A stretch of DNA of 49,500 nt from a virus (taxonomy: Duplodnaviria > Caudoviricetes), in the IMG/VR virus record IMGVR_UViG_3300048599_000494, positions 1 to 49,500 of that record; one strand, given 5' to 3'. This document shows positions 7,063 to 16,756 of the stretch, piece by piece. The position numbers and the translations under genes were made by a program. Below the pieces are notes generated by a model. That model worked only from the letters and a program-made list of their open reading frames with translations, did not search any database and had not been told where the DNA came from. Position 1 is the first letter of the stretch; every line of letters begins with the position of its first letter.

Positions 7063-9108
7063 CTACGCCGCCATCCCGACCGACACCGCCACGCGCGAGG
7101 GCTTGTACCCGCCCGAGCTCCCGCCCGACGCGATGGAGAAGTTCCCGTTGGCGGGGTCGGTCCAGCCCGGGTTCGAGTTGACCGCGGCCGCGTCGGCCTC
7201 GGCCTTGTACTGGAGGAACGTGCGATGGGAGGTCCCGCCGCCGGCCGTGTTCGTGACCACGGTGCCCGCGTTGTTCGGGGAGTAGATGCGGTTGGTCGAG
7301 AGGAGGTGGTCGGTGAAGTCCGCGCTGAGGGTGCGGACGTCGGTCCCCCGCGCATCCCAGATGGAGTTGTGGTGGAACTGGCACCCGGCGATCGCGTCGG
7401 GGAGGATGAAGAAATACCCCGTGGACGCCATCGCGGTGTACGCCTGGTTCTCGTAGAGCTCGAACCCGGAGGTGGTCTGCGCCGCGTCGGGCTCGAAGAA
7501 CCGCCCGCCCGAGTTCCCGTAGATGATGTTGTCCCGGACCACCATGTCCCGCGCGTTGTAGAAGAGCACTTGGCCACCGTCGGTCAGGCCAGTGCAGACG
7601 TTCCGCTCGCACACCACGTCCTTGAGCCAGCAGTTCTCGCCGCCGCCGCCGTTGCTCGCGTCCCACGCGCGCCGGGTGCCGGTCATGAGGTTGTCCCGGA
7701 TGTTCCAGCACAAGCGGTCCGAGCCGTCGGCGCCCGCGGCGTCGGTGTTGATGCAGTAGTTCCGCCCCGCGCCTGGCCCGAAGGTCATGTAGGCGCAGAG
7801 GAAGTGCCCGCGGAGGGCGGGGTAGATGTGGTGGTCGAGGGTGAGCAGGGCGTTCCCGGTGCCGGTGATCGACCCCCCCATGAAGAACATCCACTGGTTC
7901 TGTTTCACGAAGAACGAGGACTCGATCGACTGTGGCTGGGAGACGTCGCAACCCCAGAACCCGAGCCCGCTGCCCGTGTCCGCGTTCCCCGCGCCGGTCA
8001 CGACCACCGCCTTCTGGTCCTTCCCGTTGAGGAACTGGCAGTCGCTGAAGATCAGGAACTGGGCGGCGCTGACCCCGGCGACCAGGCAGCTCACGTTGAC
8101 AGCGATGTCCCCCGAGACGTTGTTGGTGTCGATGTAGATGCGGTGCCAGCAATGGTCGGTGGCGGTCTCGGCGCCCGTCGTCGCCGAGATGGAGAGCTTG
8201 GCGATCTTCGCCCGCGCGGTGCCCCACGCGATGAACTTGGAGCCCGTGTCCCCCTGGAAGGACCCCGAGCCGCCGACGGTGTACGCGAGGGTATTTCCGC
8301 CCCGGAGGTGGATGGTCCGGTTCGACGCGGGCGTGGTGCCCATCGCCTCCTTGCGGGGTCCGGTGCTGGTGGAGATCCCGCCGGCGGCGGTGCCGACGGT
8401 GATATAGATCTTGTTCGACCGGCAGATGGAATCGGTGGGGGCGATCGCCGCGGCGTGGTCGTACGAGGTGAACGCGTTCGCCTTCGTGAGGGTGCGCACG
8501 TCACCCGCGGTGATCTGCACGAGGATGTTGCTGTTGTCGATCTTCCCGTTGATCGTGTAGAGACCGGCCGGGACGTTGGCGCCGGTGAGCGTGCCGCTGG
8601 TGATCGCGAACCCGTTGGGGTCCAGCCCGTCGTTGGCGGCGTTCCCCGAGTCGGCGTCGTACCACCGGTCATTGGTGATCGCGTGCTGGGTGACGGTGAG
8701 CGCGACCGTCGCGGACGCGGTGACGGTCTGGCCGAGGGAGTTCTTCCCCGAGACGTCGCAGGTGACCTCCTTGCTCCCGGGCTCGAAGAACCGGACCGTG
8801 CACTCGGGGCCGACCTGGTCGGTGTGGGTATCGACCGTGGTAGAGCCGACAATGTTGTTGATGATCGGGACGCGCCAGGTGAGCGTGAAGGTGTGCTGGC
8901 CAGCCTCGGCCCCCCCCGTCACCCGCCAGCGGTACTCGAGGTCGCGGTAGGGCTTGCTCGTTCCGGTGGCCGTGGTCGCCGAGCCCGAGAGGTGGAAGCA
9001 CGCCGGCACGCCGCTCGCGCTCGAGCGGGACGCCGCGATCGCCGCCGTGATCGAACTGATGACCGCGATCGGATTCCCGAGCCACGACCGCATGTGCCAG
9101 GTTGCCAT
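7063..9108 (-). CDS. Putative fibre/depolymerase with Ig/PKD-like N-part and parallel beta-helix
   Basis: Repeating IRDN/VRDNII/FHHNS beta-helix rungs, NPGWTDPANGNFSI ending, GGAGGT RBS. Confidence 0.7.
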   Translation of the reverse strand: MATWHMRSWLGNPIAVISSITAAIAASRSSASGVPACFHLSGSATTATGTSKPYRDLEYRWRVTGGAEAGQHTFTLTWRVPIINNIVGSTTVDTHTDQVGPECTVRFFEPGSKEVTCDVSGKNSLGQTVTASATVALTVTQHAITNDRWYDADSGNAANDGLDPNGFAITSGTLTGANVPAGLYTINGKIDNSNILVQITAGDVRTLTKANAFTSYDHAAAIAPTDSICRSNKIYITVGTAAGGISTSTGPRKEAMGTTPASNRTIHLRGGNTLAYTVGGSGSFQGDTGSKFIAWGTARAKIAKLSISATTGAETATDHCWHRIYIDTNNVSGDIAVNVSCLVAGVSAAQFLIFSDCQFLNGKDQKAVVVTGAGNADTGSGLGFWGCDVSQPQSIESSFFVKQNQWMFFMGGSITGTGNALLTLDHHIYPALRGHFLCAYMTFGPGAGRNYCINTDAAGADGSDRLCWNIRDNLMTGTRRAWDASNGGGGENCWLKDVVCERNVCTGLTDGGQVLFYNARDMVVRDNIIYGNSGGRFFEPDAAQTTSGFELYENQAYTAMASTGYFFILPDAIAGCQFHHNSIWDARGTDVRTLSADFTDHLLSTNRIYSPNNAGTVVTNTAGGGTSHRTFLQYKAEADAAAVNSNPGWTDPANGNFSIASGGSSGGYKPSRVAVSVGMAA

Positions 9109-9162
9109 GAGCAGACCTCCGTGTCCGCCCCACACTACGCGCCCCTGGCCGCGGGGCAAGCG

Positions 9163-9918
9163 CTACGCGGCGCCCGCGCCGAACCGCCCGAGCACGCGCG
9201 GGATCTCGATCCCGGGCGGAGGGGCCTGCCTGGGGATGGAGCCGGTGATCGTCCCGACCACCGCGGCCGCCGGCATCCCCGGCTCGCACCGCGCGGTGAT
9301 GCCCTTCCCGGCGAGCCGCCAGTACCCGAGCAGCTGGTCCCGGCGGATGTCGCGGGGGGACTTGTCACGCCGCGCGAGGCCCCGGAACGCCGCGGCCCCG
9401 ATGTTCACTTTCCAGGTGGCCAGCTCGGCGATGCGGCCGTCGACCTGGGTCCCCGCGGTCGGGGTCCCGTTGGAGCCGATCGCGTCGAAGGACGTGGTCG
9501 GGGTGCCGGTGGAGTACGCCGTCGCGGTGAACGCCGAGCTCGTCGGGTTCTCGGGCGCCCCGTTGACGTAGGGGGTGATGAGGTCCCCCGGGTAGTCGAT
9601 GACGCACCCCAGCGAGTGCCACCGCCCGGTGGCGAGGGAGCTGGTCCCCGCGACGTTCCGCTGGGTCTCGGCGGCGACGGGCCGCGAGCTGATCCGGAGG
9701 ACGGGGTTGGACCCGTCGTGCACCGCCACCCGGACGTTCATGCTGGCGTTGGTGCCCCACACTGTGAGCAGCGCGTTGTCCCCGGAGGTGGTGCTGATCG
9801 AGTCGAACCACGCCCACATGTGGATCGCCAGGACGGCCTGGCCGTTGAACAGCGCCCCGAGCGCGTTGGCCCCGAGGCGCATGTAGTTCGAGGTGTTCTT
9901 CGAGAAGTCCCGGGACAT
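9163..9918 (-). CDS. LamG/concanavalin A-like lectin domain virion protein
   Basis: GRWHSLGCV..YVNG..DGRIAELATW..LLGYWRL pattern. Confidence 0.8.
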   Translation of the reverse strand: MSRDFSKNTSNYMRLGANALGALFNGQAVLAIHMWAWFDSISTTSGDNALLTVWGTNASMNVRVAVHDGSNPVLRISSRPVAAETQRNVAGTSSLATGRWHSLGCVIDYPGDLITPYVNGAPENPTSSAFTATAYSTGTPTTSFDAIGSNGTPTAGTQVDGRIAELATWKVNIGAAAFRGLARRDKSPRDIRRDQLLGYWRLAGKGITARCEPGMPAAAVVGTITGSIPRQAPPPGIEIPRVLGRFGAGAA

Positions 9919-9942
9919 GGGGCTGGGTGTGGAGGGGGGGGG

Positions 9943-10923
9943 TTAGGTGGCGGCGAGGGCGGACTCGACGGGGGTGAGGGTCACGGCCTGGTTGGTGTCG
10001 GTGCTGTGGAGGGCGGCGCCGGAGTTGTTCACCACGACGAGCGACCCGTACCGGTTGGCGGGGATGAAGCGCCCGACCACGGCCGCCTGGACGGTGCCGG
10101 TGGCCTGGGCGGTGCAGACGAAGGAGCCGATGTACTGGAGCTGGGGGAGGGACGCGGTGAGGTTCGCGGAGTACCCGCTGTACGCGGCGTCGGTGCCCGA
10201 GACGTTCGCGGGATTGTCGGAGCCCGCGGTCGCCGAGCTCGAGGGGGCCCAGTAGAGGTCGATCGTGTTCCCGGCCGTGGGGGTGGCGGCGATCTCGAAC
10301 GTGGCCTTGACGTCGTAGGCCTCGCCGTGGGTGGCTCCCAGGTCGAGCTTCGCGGACTGCCGCGCGGCCCCGTTGGCCACGCTCGCCAGGGTGATCGCGG
10401 CGTCCCCGCCGGAGTTCTTGATGACCTTTGCCGTGCCGTGCTGGACCCGGCCGACGCCCGCCAGGAGCACGTACACGGCGCCGGTGGTGTCCGTCTTGAG
10501 CGCCCTGGCGTTGGTCCCGTCGCTCCCGCCGGCGAGCATGACCTTCGCGGGCGTGGCCGCACCGGTCGCGCCCACGGGATCGTCGATGGTCTGCACCGCG
10601 GTCTGGATAGCCCCGACCTCGGTATCCAGGTACCCACCGATGGCGGTCAGCAGGGTGACGATCGACCCGACCTCCGTGTCCAGGTACCCGGCGATCGCCG
10701 CCAGGGTGGTTTCCGAGGCCGCGCCCGCGGGGAGCGGGAGAGTGGTCGCGCTGATCGGCTGGGTGGCCTGAAAGAACGTGCCGGTCACCGCCACAGACCC
10801 GGTGATCGACATCGACCACGCGCCCTGCTGCTCGGCCTTGTGGTGCGGGACCTCGTCGCCCCCGTCCGTGGTGGACTTCAGGGACTTCAGTGCGCCGCTT
10901 CCGTCTTTGACGCTGAGTGCCAT
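9943..10923 (-). CDS. Putative fibre/adaptor structural protein
   Basis: VAVTGTFFQATQPIS..LPLPAGAASETTLAAI fibre motif; internal repeat AIxGYLDTEVGxI twice. Confidence 0.75.
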   Translation of the reverse strand: MALSVKDGSGALKSLKSTTDGGDEVPHHKAEQQGAWSMSITGSVAVTGTFFQATQPISATTLPLPAGAASETTLAAIAGYLDTEVGSIVTLLTAIGGYLDTEVGAIQTAVQTIDDPVGATGAATPAKVMLAGGSDGTNARALKTDTTGAVYVLLAGVGRVQHGTAKVIKNSGGDAAITLASVANGAARQSAKLDLGATHGEAYDVKATFEIAATPTAGNTIDLYWAPSSSATAGSDNPANVSGTDAAYSGYSANLTASLPQLQYIGSFVCTAQATGTVQAAVVGRFIPANRYGSLVVVNNSGAALHSTDTNQAVTLTPVESALAAT

Positions 10924-10947
10924 CGCCGCCTCCGTGCTGCGCCGACA

Positions 10948-13900
10948 CTAGACGCCGGCGAGCCAGCCGGACTGGTTCGGGTCGGAGAAATCCAGCATCC
11001 CCTCGTCCGACGTGGCGCCCGGGTCATCGGGCGCGTCGCCACCGAAGCCCCGGACGTACACGTCCACCACGGCGTCCGCAGGGAGATCGTCGGGCCCGTA
11101 GAGCCGGAGCCGCGGGCCGGGCGACGTCGAGCGGTCGACCATCTCGTAGGTCCACCCCGCGCCCGTGCCGTTGAATGTCACGTTCACGTGCGACACCACC
11201 CCGAACCGCTCCGGATCCAGGGGCACCCGGAAGTCACCGACGCCCAGCCGATAGCCGGCGCCGAGCTCGGCCGTGTCGATGTCGTTGAGGAACTGCTCGA
11301 CCGCGATCCCCCGGACCCGGATCGTGAGCTCCGTGATCCGCGGCACGTAGAACCCGCTCGAGGGGTGCGCGGTGACCGTGACCGTCACCCGGAAATACCG
11401 GGCCTCGAAGGTGCGCACGATTGCCTGCTCGACCGAGAGCGGCCCGCTCCACGCCACGCCGTCGATCGACCACTCGAAGGTGACCTCGGCCGCGCCAGAA
11501 ACGCCGTACTCGATCCACGGGGTGGCCGCGACCACCGCCCCGATGTCCATGGTGTGGACGTAGGAGATCGGGGACCGCGGCTGCATGTTCCACCGGGACC
11601 ACAGATCCCAGCTGGTGACGCCGATCGCCGCGAGCCCGTCCCACGTGGTGTCGTCGATCGCCTCGAGCACGGGGCCGAAGCGGTCCGAGATCCGCTGGCA
11701 GTCGGTGAGGGTCCCCGGCCAGTTCATCGCCCGGGCGTTCTCGGAGCGGATGAAGCCCCCGTCCGCCACCTCGGTGAGGATCGCGTCCGTGAAGATCGCG
11801 TTGACCGATTCGTTCCCCGCGGTGTCGATCATCTTGATGCCGAAGGTCCACAGCCCGGCGCCCGGGATAAGGGCCTCCCACGGGCTCGCCCCCTCGAGGA
11901 TCTCGGTGTGGAGCCGGGTCATGGACTCCCACACCGGCGAGGCGGTCTGGGCGGTGTACCGGATGAGGACGCCGGCGATGTCGGGGGGGATGACGCCGAG
12001 GTCGAAGGTGTACCGCCGGGTCCCGTCGGCGAGCTGGGTGACGGAGAAGGACGCGACATCGGGCGGCGGGAGGACGTTCCCGAGCACGGTGTGCTCCGCC
12101 TCCACCCACGCGCTTGTGCGCCCGAGCCGGGTGATCACCCGGAGCCGGATGTCGTAGGTGGTCCCCACCTCGACCTGGTCCAGGGTGACGGTGCTGTTCG
12201 TGAGGGGGAGCCGGCGATACCAGAACGGGAGCGGCGGGCCGACGGCGCCGCCGTTGGACTGGCGGATCCCCACCTCGGCCTCGACCGGGAGCGGCCGCTG
12301 GGAGCTCGGGCGCCGGAGGATGATCACCATGCGCGGGGCGTACGAGCCGTCCCCCTGGCGGACCATCACCCAGTCGTCGGAGCGGATGTCCTCGATGACG
12401 GGGGTCTCGGGGCCCGCGTGGTAGATGGGCGCCGAGCGCACGCCGGGGTCCCACGCGGGGATCTCCCCGACGTCCGCCAGGTGCACCGCGGGCGCGTGGT
12501 CTACCAGCGTGAGCCGGGCGGCGAGGTTCGAGTCGGGCTCGATCCGCTGCACCACCATCTCGCGCGTCTCGAGGCCCAGCAGCCCCACCACCGCCAGGTC
12601 CCCGACCTCCGGGTGCGGGGCGCCCGCGGAGACCGGCCCGGTGAGGTCCAGCCGGGTGTATTCCCCGCCGGACCCGCTGATCGCCAGCGCCGCCTGGAAG
12701 ATGGTCCCGTCCGCCTTGCGCACCCGGATCCCGTACTGCACGCCGGCGTCCATCGTGATGGTCTCATCGACCACCACGCCGCGGAGATCTCCGCCAGAGT
12801 CGACCACCAGCGCCGTCACCCGGGCCCCCACCGACTGCGTCTCGCCCCACGCATAGTGGGAGAGGAGGACCAGGTCCCCGCGCGTGCACGCGAGGTGCTC
12901 GACGTCCATCCCCAGCTCGATCGTCTCGGGGCGGAGCTGGGAGACCGCCAGGTGGTACCGCCCCTGGCGCCACACGAGCTCGGGGCTGGTCACCCCGAAC
13001 AGCTCGAGGGTCTCAAACTTCGTCGCCGGCGGGAGGAGCGGCGCCGGGTTGCCGAAGGCGTCGAGCCCGCCGATCTGGTACCCGTCGTTGAGCACCAGCC
13101 GCTCGTCCCGCTGGTACCCGTTGGTCTCGTCCAGGAACTGGACGCGCAGGCAGTGGACCTGCTCGGGGAACACCTTGCGCCCGCGGAACCCGTAGGAGTT
13201 GCGGGGGGTGATGACCTGGACGGGGACCGTCTGCGGGCGATCGCGGACCACCGAATAGAGCCCCTCGCGCATGCCGAAGGACGCCCGGCCCGCCGCGGCG
13301 ACGTCGCTCAGCCGCTCGAACACCGTGCCCGGGAAGTCCAATACGGCGTTGAACGCCCACCCGTCGTCGGCGCAGGCCTCATGCCAGGCCTGGAGCTCCT
13401 CGAGGTCGATCCGGGCGTCGGAGAGCGGCCGGGCGTTGACCGCGCCCTGGAGGAGATATCGGTACAGGCTCGCCGGGTTGTTCGTGGCGCGCACCACCCA
13501 CAGCCCCTCGCCGGCGTCCCAATCCTGCACCACCGACCGGACCATCACGGAGAAGTTATCGATGACCCCGTTCAGCTGGTCGGTGGCCTTGATCCGCATG
13601 GCGACCAGGGCCCGCCCCGGCGCCGTCACCGGGTTCTCGTTCGTGATGGTGCGCAGGGCCGACCAGTACACGTCGTCCAGGAGCCGGGTGTCCTCCGAGT
13701 CCGGGGTGATGCGCCGGAGCCGGACGTCGTACTGGCCCCGGGGGACGGCCCACGCGAGGGACCGCCGGATGGGGGTCGCCTGCTCGGCCGTGACGCCGAT
13801 CGTGGAGGTGTACACGCTGGTGTCGTACCACGTGCCCGCCAGGCCCACGCTCGACTCGGAGTCCGCCTGGAGCCGGAACACCCCGCCGGAGCCGGCCGGG

Positions 13901-15777
13901 CCCCCAGGAATGGTCGCCCACGCCCCCCCACTCGCGGGCGTCACCCACCCGAGCGCCACGGCGCCCGTGGTTGACCGGGCCTCGACGCGGAGCCGGACCC
14001 GGTGCCACCCGCGCGAGAGCCGCACCGGCGCGCTCGCGTGCGCAGCGTAGTTGGGCGGGGCCGCGGGGCCGCCTGCCGGTTCGTGCGACCCATACCAGCT
14101 GACCACCATCCGGCCGTCCACCTCGAGGTCGATCGCGTCCGACCCGTCCACGCCGAACTGGTAGAGCCCGCCGTTTTCGGGCGCGTCGGGATCCCGGAAC
14201 CACCCCTCGACCACCCAGCTGTAGTTCGTGGCCGGGAGGTACGCCGGCTTCGCGCGGGGGAACCCGAGCCCCCACTCGACCGCCGTGGTGATGTGCACCC
14301 CGCCGCCGCGCTGCACCTCGGGGGTGCGGAACAGGAAGTCCATCTGGCGGGCCTCGGTGGGGGAGCCGGCCGCCCCAGCGTCCCCGTTCACGCGCGTCCA
14401 GACGCCGAGCCCGGTGGGCGAGTACTCCACCAGCACCCCCACGGAGAACGGGTCGCGCCCGCCGTCGGAGCGGATCCGCGCGAGGCCGGTGGGGAAGAGG
14501 ACGTCCACGGAGATCTCGTCGGCGCCCGCGGCCGTGGTGCGCAGGGACCAGCCGGCCGACTCCTCGAGCAGCACCTGGAGCGGGTCCTCGAACACCGTGT
14601 CGGGGAAGAGCCGGATGGGCTCGTCATCGGGGTGCCCGGCCCGGGTCTCGACCTCGACGCCGTCGAACTCCTCGAGCGCGGTCTCCCCGATCTGCAGGTC
14701 AGAGAGCTCCTTCGGCCCGTACCCGCAGTCGAAGAGGAGCCGGAGGTACTGGTCATCGCCGGAGACCTCGGTGTAGGGCATGGCGGCGTACGGGGGCACC
14801 AGCCGGTGGAACCCGAGCACGTCGACCCACGGCTCGTACGGCCGGGCCTCGTTGCGGGCGCCGGCGATCGTCGGGGACGCCTGGTCCTCGGTGCCGAGCC
14901 TCGACTTCGAGGGCGGCGCGAGGGCGTTCATCGCCAGCGTGACGCCGATGGTGGCCGCCCCGACCACGATGGCCGACCCCACGGTCCCGAGTGCCGGCAC
15001 CAGCGCGGGCCCGAGCACGGCCGCCCCGGCGATCAGCGCGAGGGTCGCCACGATCCGCAGCGCCCCCTTCCCGCCCTCGCTCCCGCCCGTGGGTACGGCC
15101 GCCACTGTCACCACGCGCCCGGCCTTGGGGCGGACGTGGCGCCAGTGGTCCCGGGGCACCTCGACGGCGCCCACGAAGAGCCGAAGCAGCGGGTGGGCCT
15201 CGAGGCCCGCCGCCGCGAGTACTTCCACGAGGTTCCCGCCCGCGGGGACCTGGGCGTCGATCCGCCGGCCGAAGGGCCGATCGCGCCCCGCGACCTGCAC
15301 CGCGGCCCCTTTTACAAACCCGCCGCCCGCGGGGGGGGTGTTTGACACGGCCAGCCGGTAGCACCCCACCAGCCGCCGCCGGAGGGAGAGCTGGCCCATC
15401 CGCTCGACCACGGTGGTGCGGCACGGGCCGGGGGCGTGGAGCACCATCCCGGGGGCCACGACCACGCCGACGTGCCAGGGCCGGCCGCTGAGGCGATACA
15501 GGGCGACGTCCAGGGCCTGGGCGTCCGCCGGGGCCACCGGCGTCCACCCGGGTCCGCCGGGCCCCAGTGCCCCGCCCACGGCCGCCGTGACGTCCTCGCC
15601 AGCCAGGGCCGAGGAGTACTCGACGTCGGCGAGCTCGACGCCCAGCTGGTCCGCGTACACGAGCCGCGCGAGCCCCCAGCAATCGCACCCCTCGCGCGTG
15701 CGCCCGCGGTCCTTCCAGGGCAGGCCAACGAAGGGGGACGCCCAGGACGGGATCTCACGCGGAGCGGGGGATTTCAC
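10948..15777 (-). CDS. Tail tip protein: NlpC/P60 + TAP-I-like + J-like host specificity protein with a PA14-like insertion
   Basis: GCDCWGL..WHVGVV..VLHA (NlpC/P60); GQYDVRLRRIT and TNNPA J-type motifs; GTGA-coupled start. Confidence 0.88.
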   Translation of the reverse strand: MKSPAPREIPSWASPFVGLPWKDRGRTREGCDCWGLARLVYADQLGVELADVEYSSALAGEDVTAAVGGALGPGGPGWTPVAPADAQALDVALYRLSGRPWHVGVVVAPGMVLHAPGPCRTTVVERMGQLSLRRRLVGCYRLAVSNTPPAGGGFVKGAAVQVAGRDRPFGRRIDAQVPAGGNLVEVLAAAGLEAHPLLRLFVGAVEVPRDHWRHVRPKAGRVVTVAAVPTGGSEGGKGALRIVATLALIAGAAVLGPALVPALGTVGSAIVVGAATIGVTLAMNALAPPSKSRLGTEDQASPTIAGARNEARPYEPWVDVLGFHRLVPPYAAMPYTEVSGDDQYLRLLFDCGYGPKELSDLQIGETALEEFDGVEVETRAGHPDDEPIRLFPDTVFEDPLQVLLEESAGWSLRTTAAGADEISVDVLFPTGLARIRSDGGRDPFSVGVLVEYSPTGLGVWTRVNGDAGAAGSPTEARQMDFLFRTPEVQRGGGVHITTAVEWGLGFPRAKPAYLPATNYSWVVEGWFRDPDAPENGGLYQFGVDGSDAIDLEVDGRMVVSWYGSHEPAGGPAAPPNYAAHASAPVRLSRGWHRVRLRVEARSTTGAVALGWVTPASGGAWATIPGGPAGSGGVFRLQADSESSVGLAGTWYDTSVYTSTIGVTAEQATPIRRSLAWAVPRGQYDVRLRRITPDSEDTRLLDDVYWSALRTITNENPVTAPGRALVAMRIKATDQLNGVIDNFSVMVRSVVQDWDAGEGLWVVRATNNPASLYRYLLQGAVNARPLSDARIDLEELQAWHEACADDGWAFNAVLDFPGTVFERLSDVAAAGRASFGMREGLYSVVRDRPQTVPVQVITPRNSYGFRGRKVFPEQVHCLRVQFLDETNGYQRDERLVLNDGYQIGGLDAFGNPAPLLPPATKFETLELFGVTSPELVWRQGRYHLAVSQLRPETIELGMDVEHLACTRGDLVLLSHYAWGETQSVGARVTALVVDSGGDLRGVVVDETITMDAGVQYGIRVRKADGTIFQAALAISGSGGEYTRLDLTGPVSAGAPHPEVGDLAVVGLLGLETREMVVQRIEPDSNLAARLTLVDHAPAVHLADVGEIPAWDPGVRSAPIYHAGPETPVIEDIRSDDWVMVRQGDGSYAPRMVIILRRPSSQRPLPVEAEVGIRQSNGGAVGPPLPFWYRRLPLTNSTVTLDQVEVGTTYDIRLRVITRLGRTSAWVEAEHTVLGNVLPPPDVASFSVTQLADGTRRYTFDLGVIPPDIAGVLIRYTAQTASPVWESMTRLHTEILEGASPWEALIPGAGLWTFGIKMIDTAGNESVNAIFTDAILTEVADGGFIRSENARAMNWPGTLTDCQRISDRFGPVLEAIDDTTWDGLAAIGVTSWDLWSRWNMQPRSPISYVHTMDIGAVVAATPWIEYGVSGAAEVTFEWSIDGVAWSGPLSVEQAIVRTFEARYFRVTVTVTAHPSSGFYVPRITELTIRVRGIAVEQFLNDIDTAELGAGYRLGVGDFRVPLDPERFGVVSHVNVTFNGTGAGWTYEMVDRSTSPGPRLRLYGPDDLPADAVVDVYVRGFGGDAPDDPGATSDEGMLDFSDPNQSGWLAGV

Positions 15778-16268
15778 AGCTGGCCTCCAGCCCCCCTGAA
15801 CAGCGCCGGATTCCGGCTGGGGGTGTACCGGTCGGGGGGGCACGGTTCGGAGAGGACGGGCTCCGGGTGGAGCTCGCCCTCGATCCGGAGCTCGTCGTAC
15901 GAGACGTCGCGGAGTACGAGGTGGATGGGCCCCTCCTCGACGGTGGAGGGCTGGGAGCGGAGCACCAGCTCGATCGCCACCTCGAGGTCGCCGGCCAGGG
16001 AGCGGATGGTCTCGACGAACCGGCGGTCGACGTTGTCGATCACCAGCCGCGCCTGGGGCGGGGCGTCGGGGACGTTCGACGCGCGGACCACGTCGAAGGG
16101 GAAGAACTGGTAGGTCTCACCGCGGGAGACGGTGTTTTCCCCGCCCGAGCACACGCGCACGGGGATCCCGAGCGACGCGTGGGTGAACGTGAGGAGGGTG
16201 ACGAACTCGGCGCTCGTCTCCTGGGCGAACACCGCCTCGAGCCCCGAGCTGGAGAGACGGCCGGGCAT
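15774..16268 (-). CDS. Minor tail protein, DUF1833-like
   Basis: LLTFTH..YQFFPF..LVIDNV..PCPPDRYTP..PALF; typical position before NlpC/P60. Confidence 0.85.
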   Translation of the reverse strand: MPGRLSSSGLEAVFAQETSAEFVTLLTFTHASLGIPVRVCSGGENTVSRGETYQFFPFDVVRASNVPDAPPQARLVIDNVDRRFVETIRSLAGDLEVAIELVLRSQPSTVEEGPIHLVLRDVSYDELRIEGELHPEPVLSEPCPPDRYTPSRNPALFRGAGGQL

Positions 16269-16285
16269 GGGTCAGCGGGCGAGGT

Positions 16286-16741
16286 TCAGGCCTCGTAGTC
16301 GTCCCAACCGCCGTTCGCGTTCACCGCGGACGCCGAGTTGAAGTCGATCTGGATCGCCTGGCCGGGCGCCACGACGGTCTCCCGTTGCGTGACCGGGATG
16401 ATGAAGGAGCCATACCCCTTCAACTCGCCCTCCCAGATGACCGTCCCGCCCGACCCCATGTTGGAGAGGTTCTCGAGGCCCGTACCGCCGGCGGAAGATC
16501 CGGGGTTGTTGGTCCGGGTCGCGACGGGGTTCCGCGCCGTCCCCGCCTGGCTGGTGTTGCCGAGCACCACGCGGACGCGCACGGTGGCGAAGGAGCTGGA
16601 CGTCGAGTCGAACTCGATGCGCGGGCGGGGTAGCGCGAGCGCCGTGGCGGCGGGCGCGGTGAGACAGATCATGCCCTTCCAGCTGCCCGTGGACGCCGCC
16701 ACCTTCGCGCTGGTGAATTGACTCCAGTTGGACCGTGCCAT
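16286..16741 (-). CDS. Hypothetical beta-rich structural protein
   Basis: AAGGAGG RBS; lies within the tail module. Confidence 0.7.
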   Translation of the reverse strand: MARSNWSQFTSAKVAASTGSWKGMICLTAPAATALALPRPRIEFDSTSSSFATVRVRVVLGNTSQAGTARNPVATRTNNPGSSAGGTGLENLSNMGSGGTVIWEGELKGYGSFIIPVTQRETVVAPGQAIQIDFNSASAVNANGGWDDYEA

Positions 16742-16756
16742 GCTCGCCTCCTTGCG

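Noticed and set aside
9934-9942. G9 run and other G8 runs (about 41560 and 43830) as phase-variation tracts
   Set aside because: Such runs are expected at this GC content or encode poly-Pro; no frame disruption is visible.
6730-13974. 2414-aa plus-strand ORF and other long plus-strand ORFs (e.g. 14002-15345, 26823-28868, 38349-40409)
   Set aside because: Antisense shadows of well-supported minus-strand genes in GC-rich DNA; Arg/Gly/Pro-rich with no motifs.
6273-15777. Diversity-generating retroelement or invertible fibre cassette
   Set aside because: No reverse transcriptase, no template/variable repeat pair, and no invertase with inverted repeats seen.
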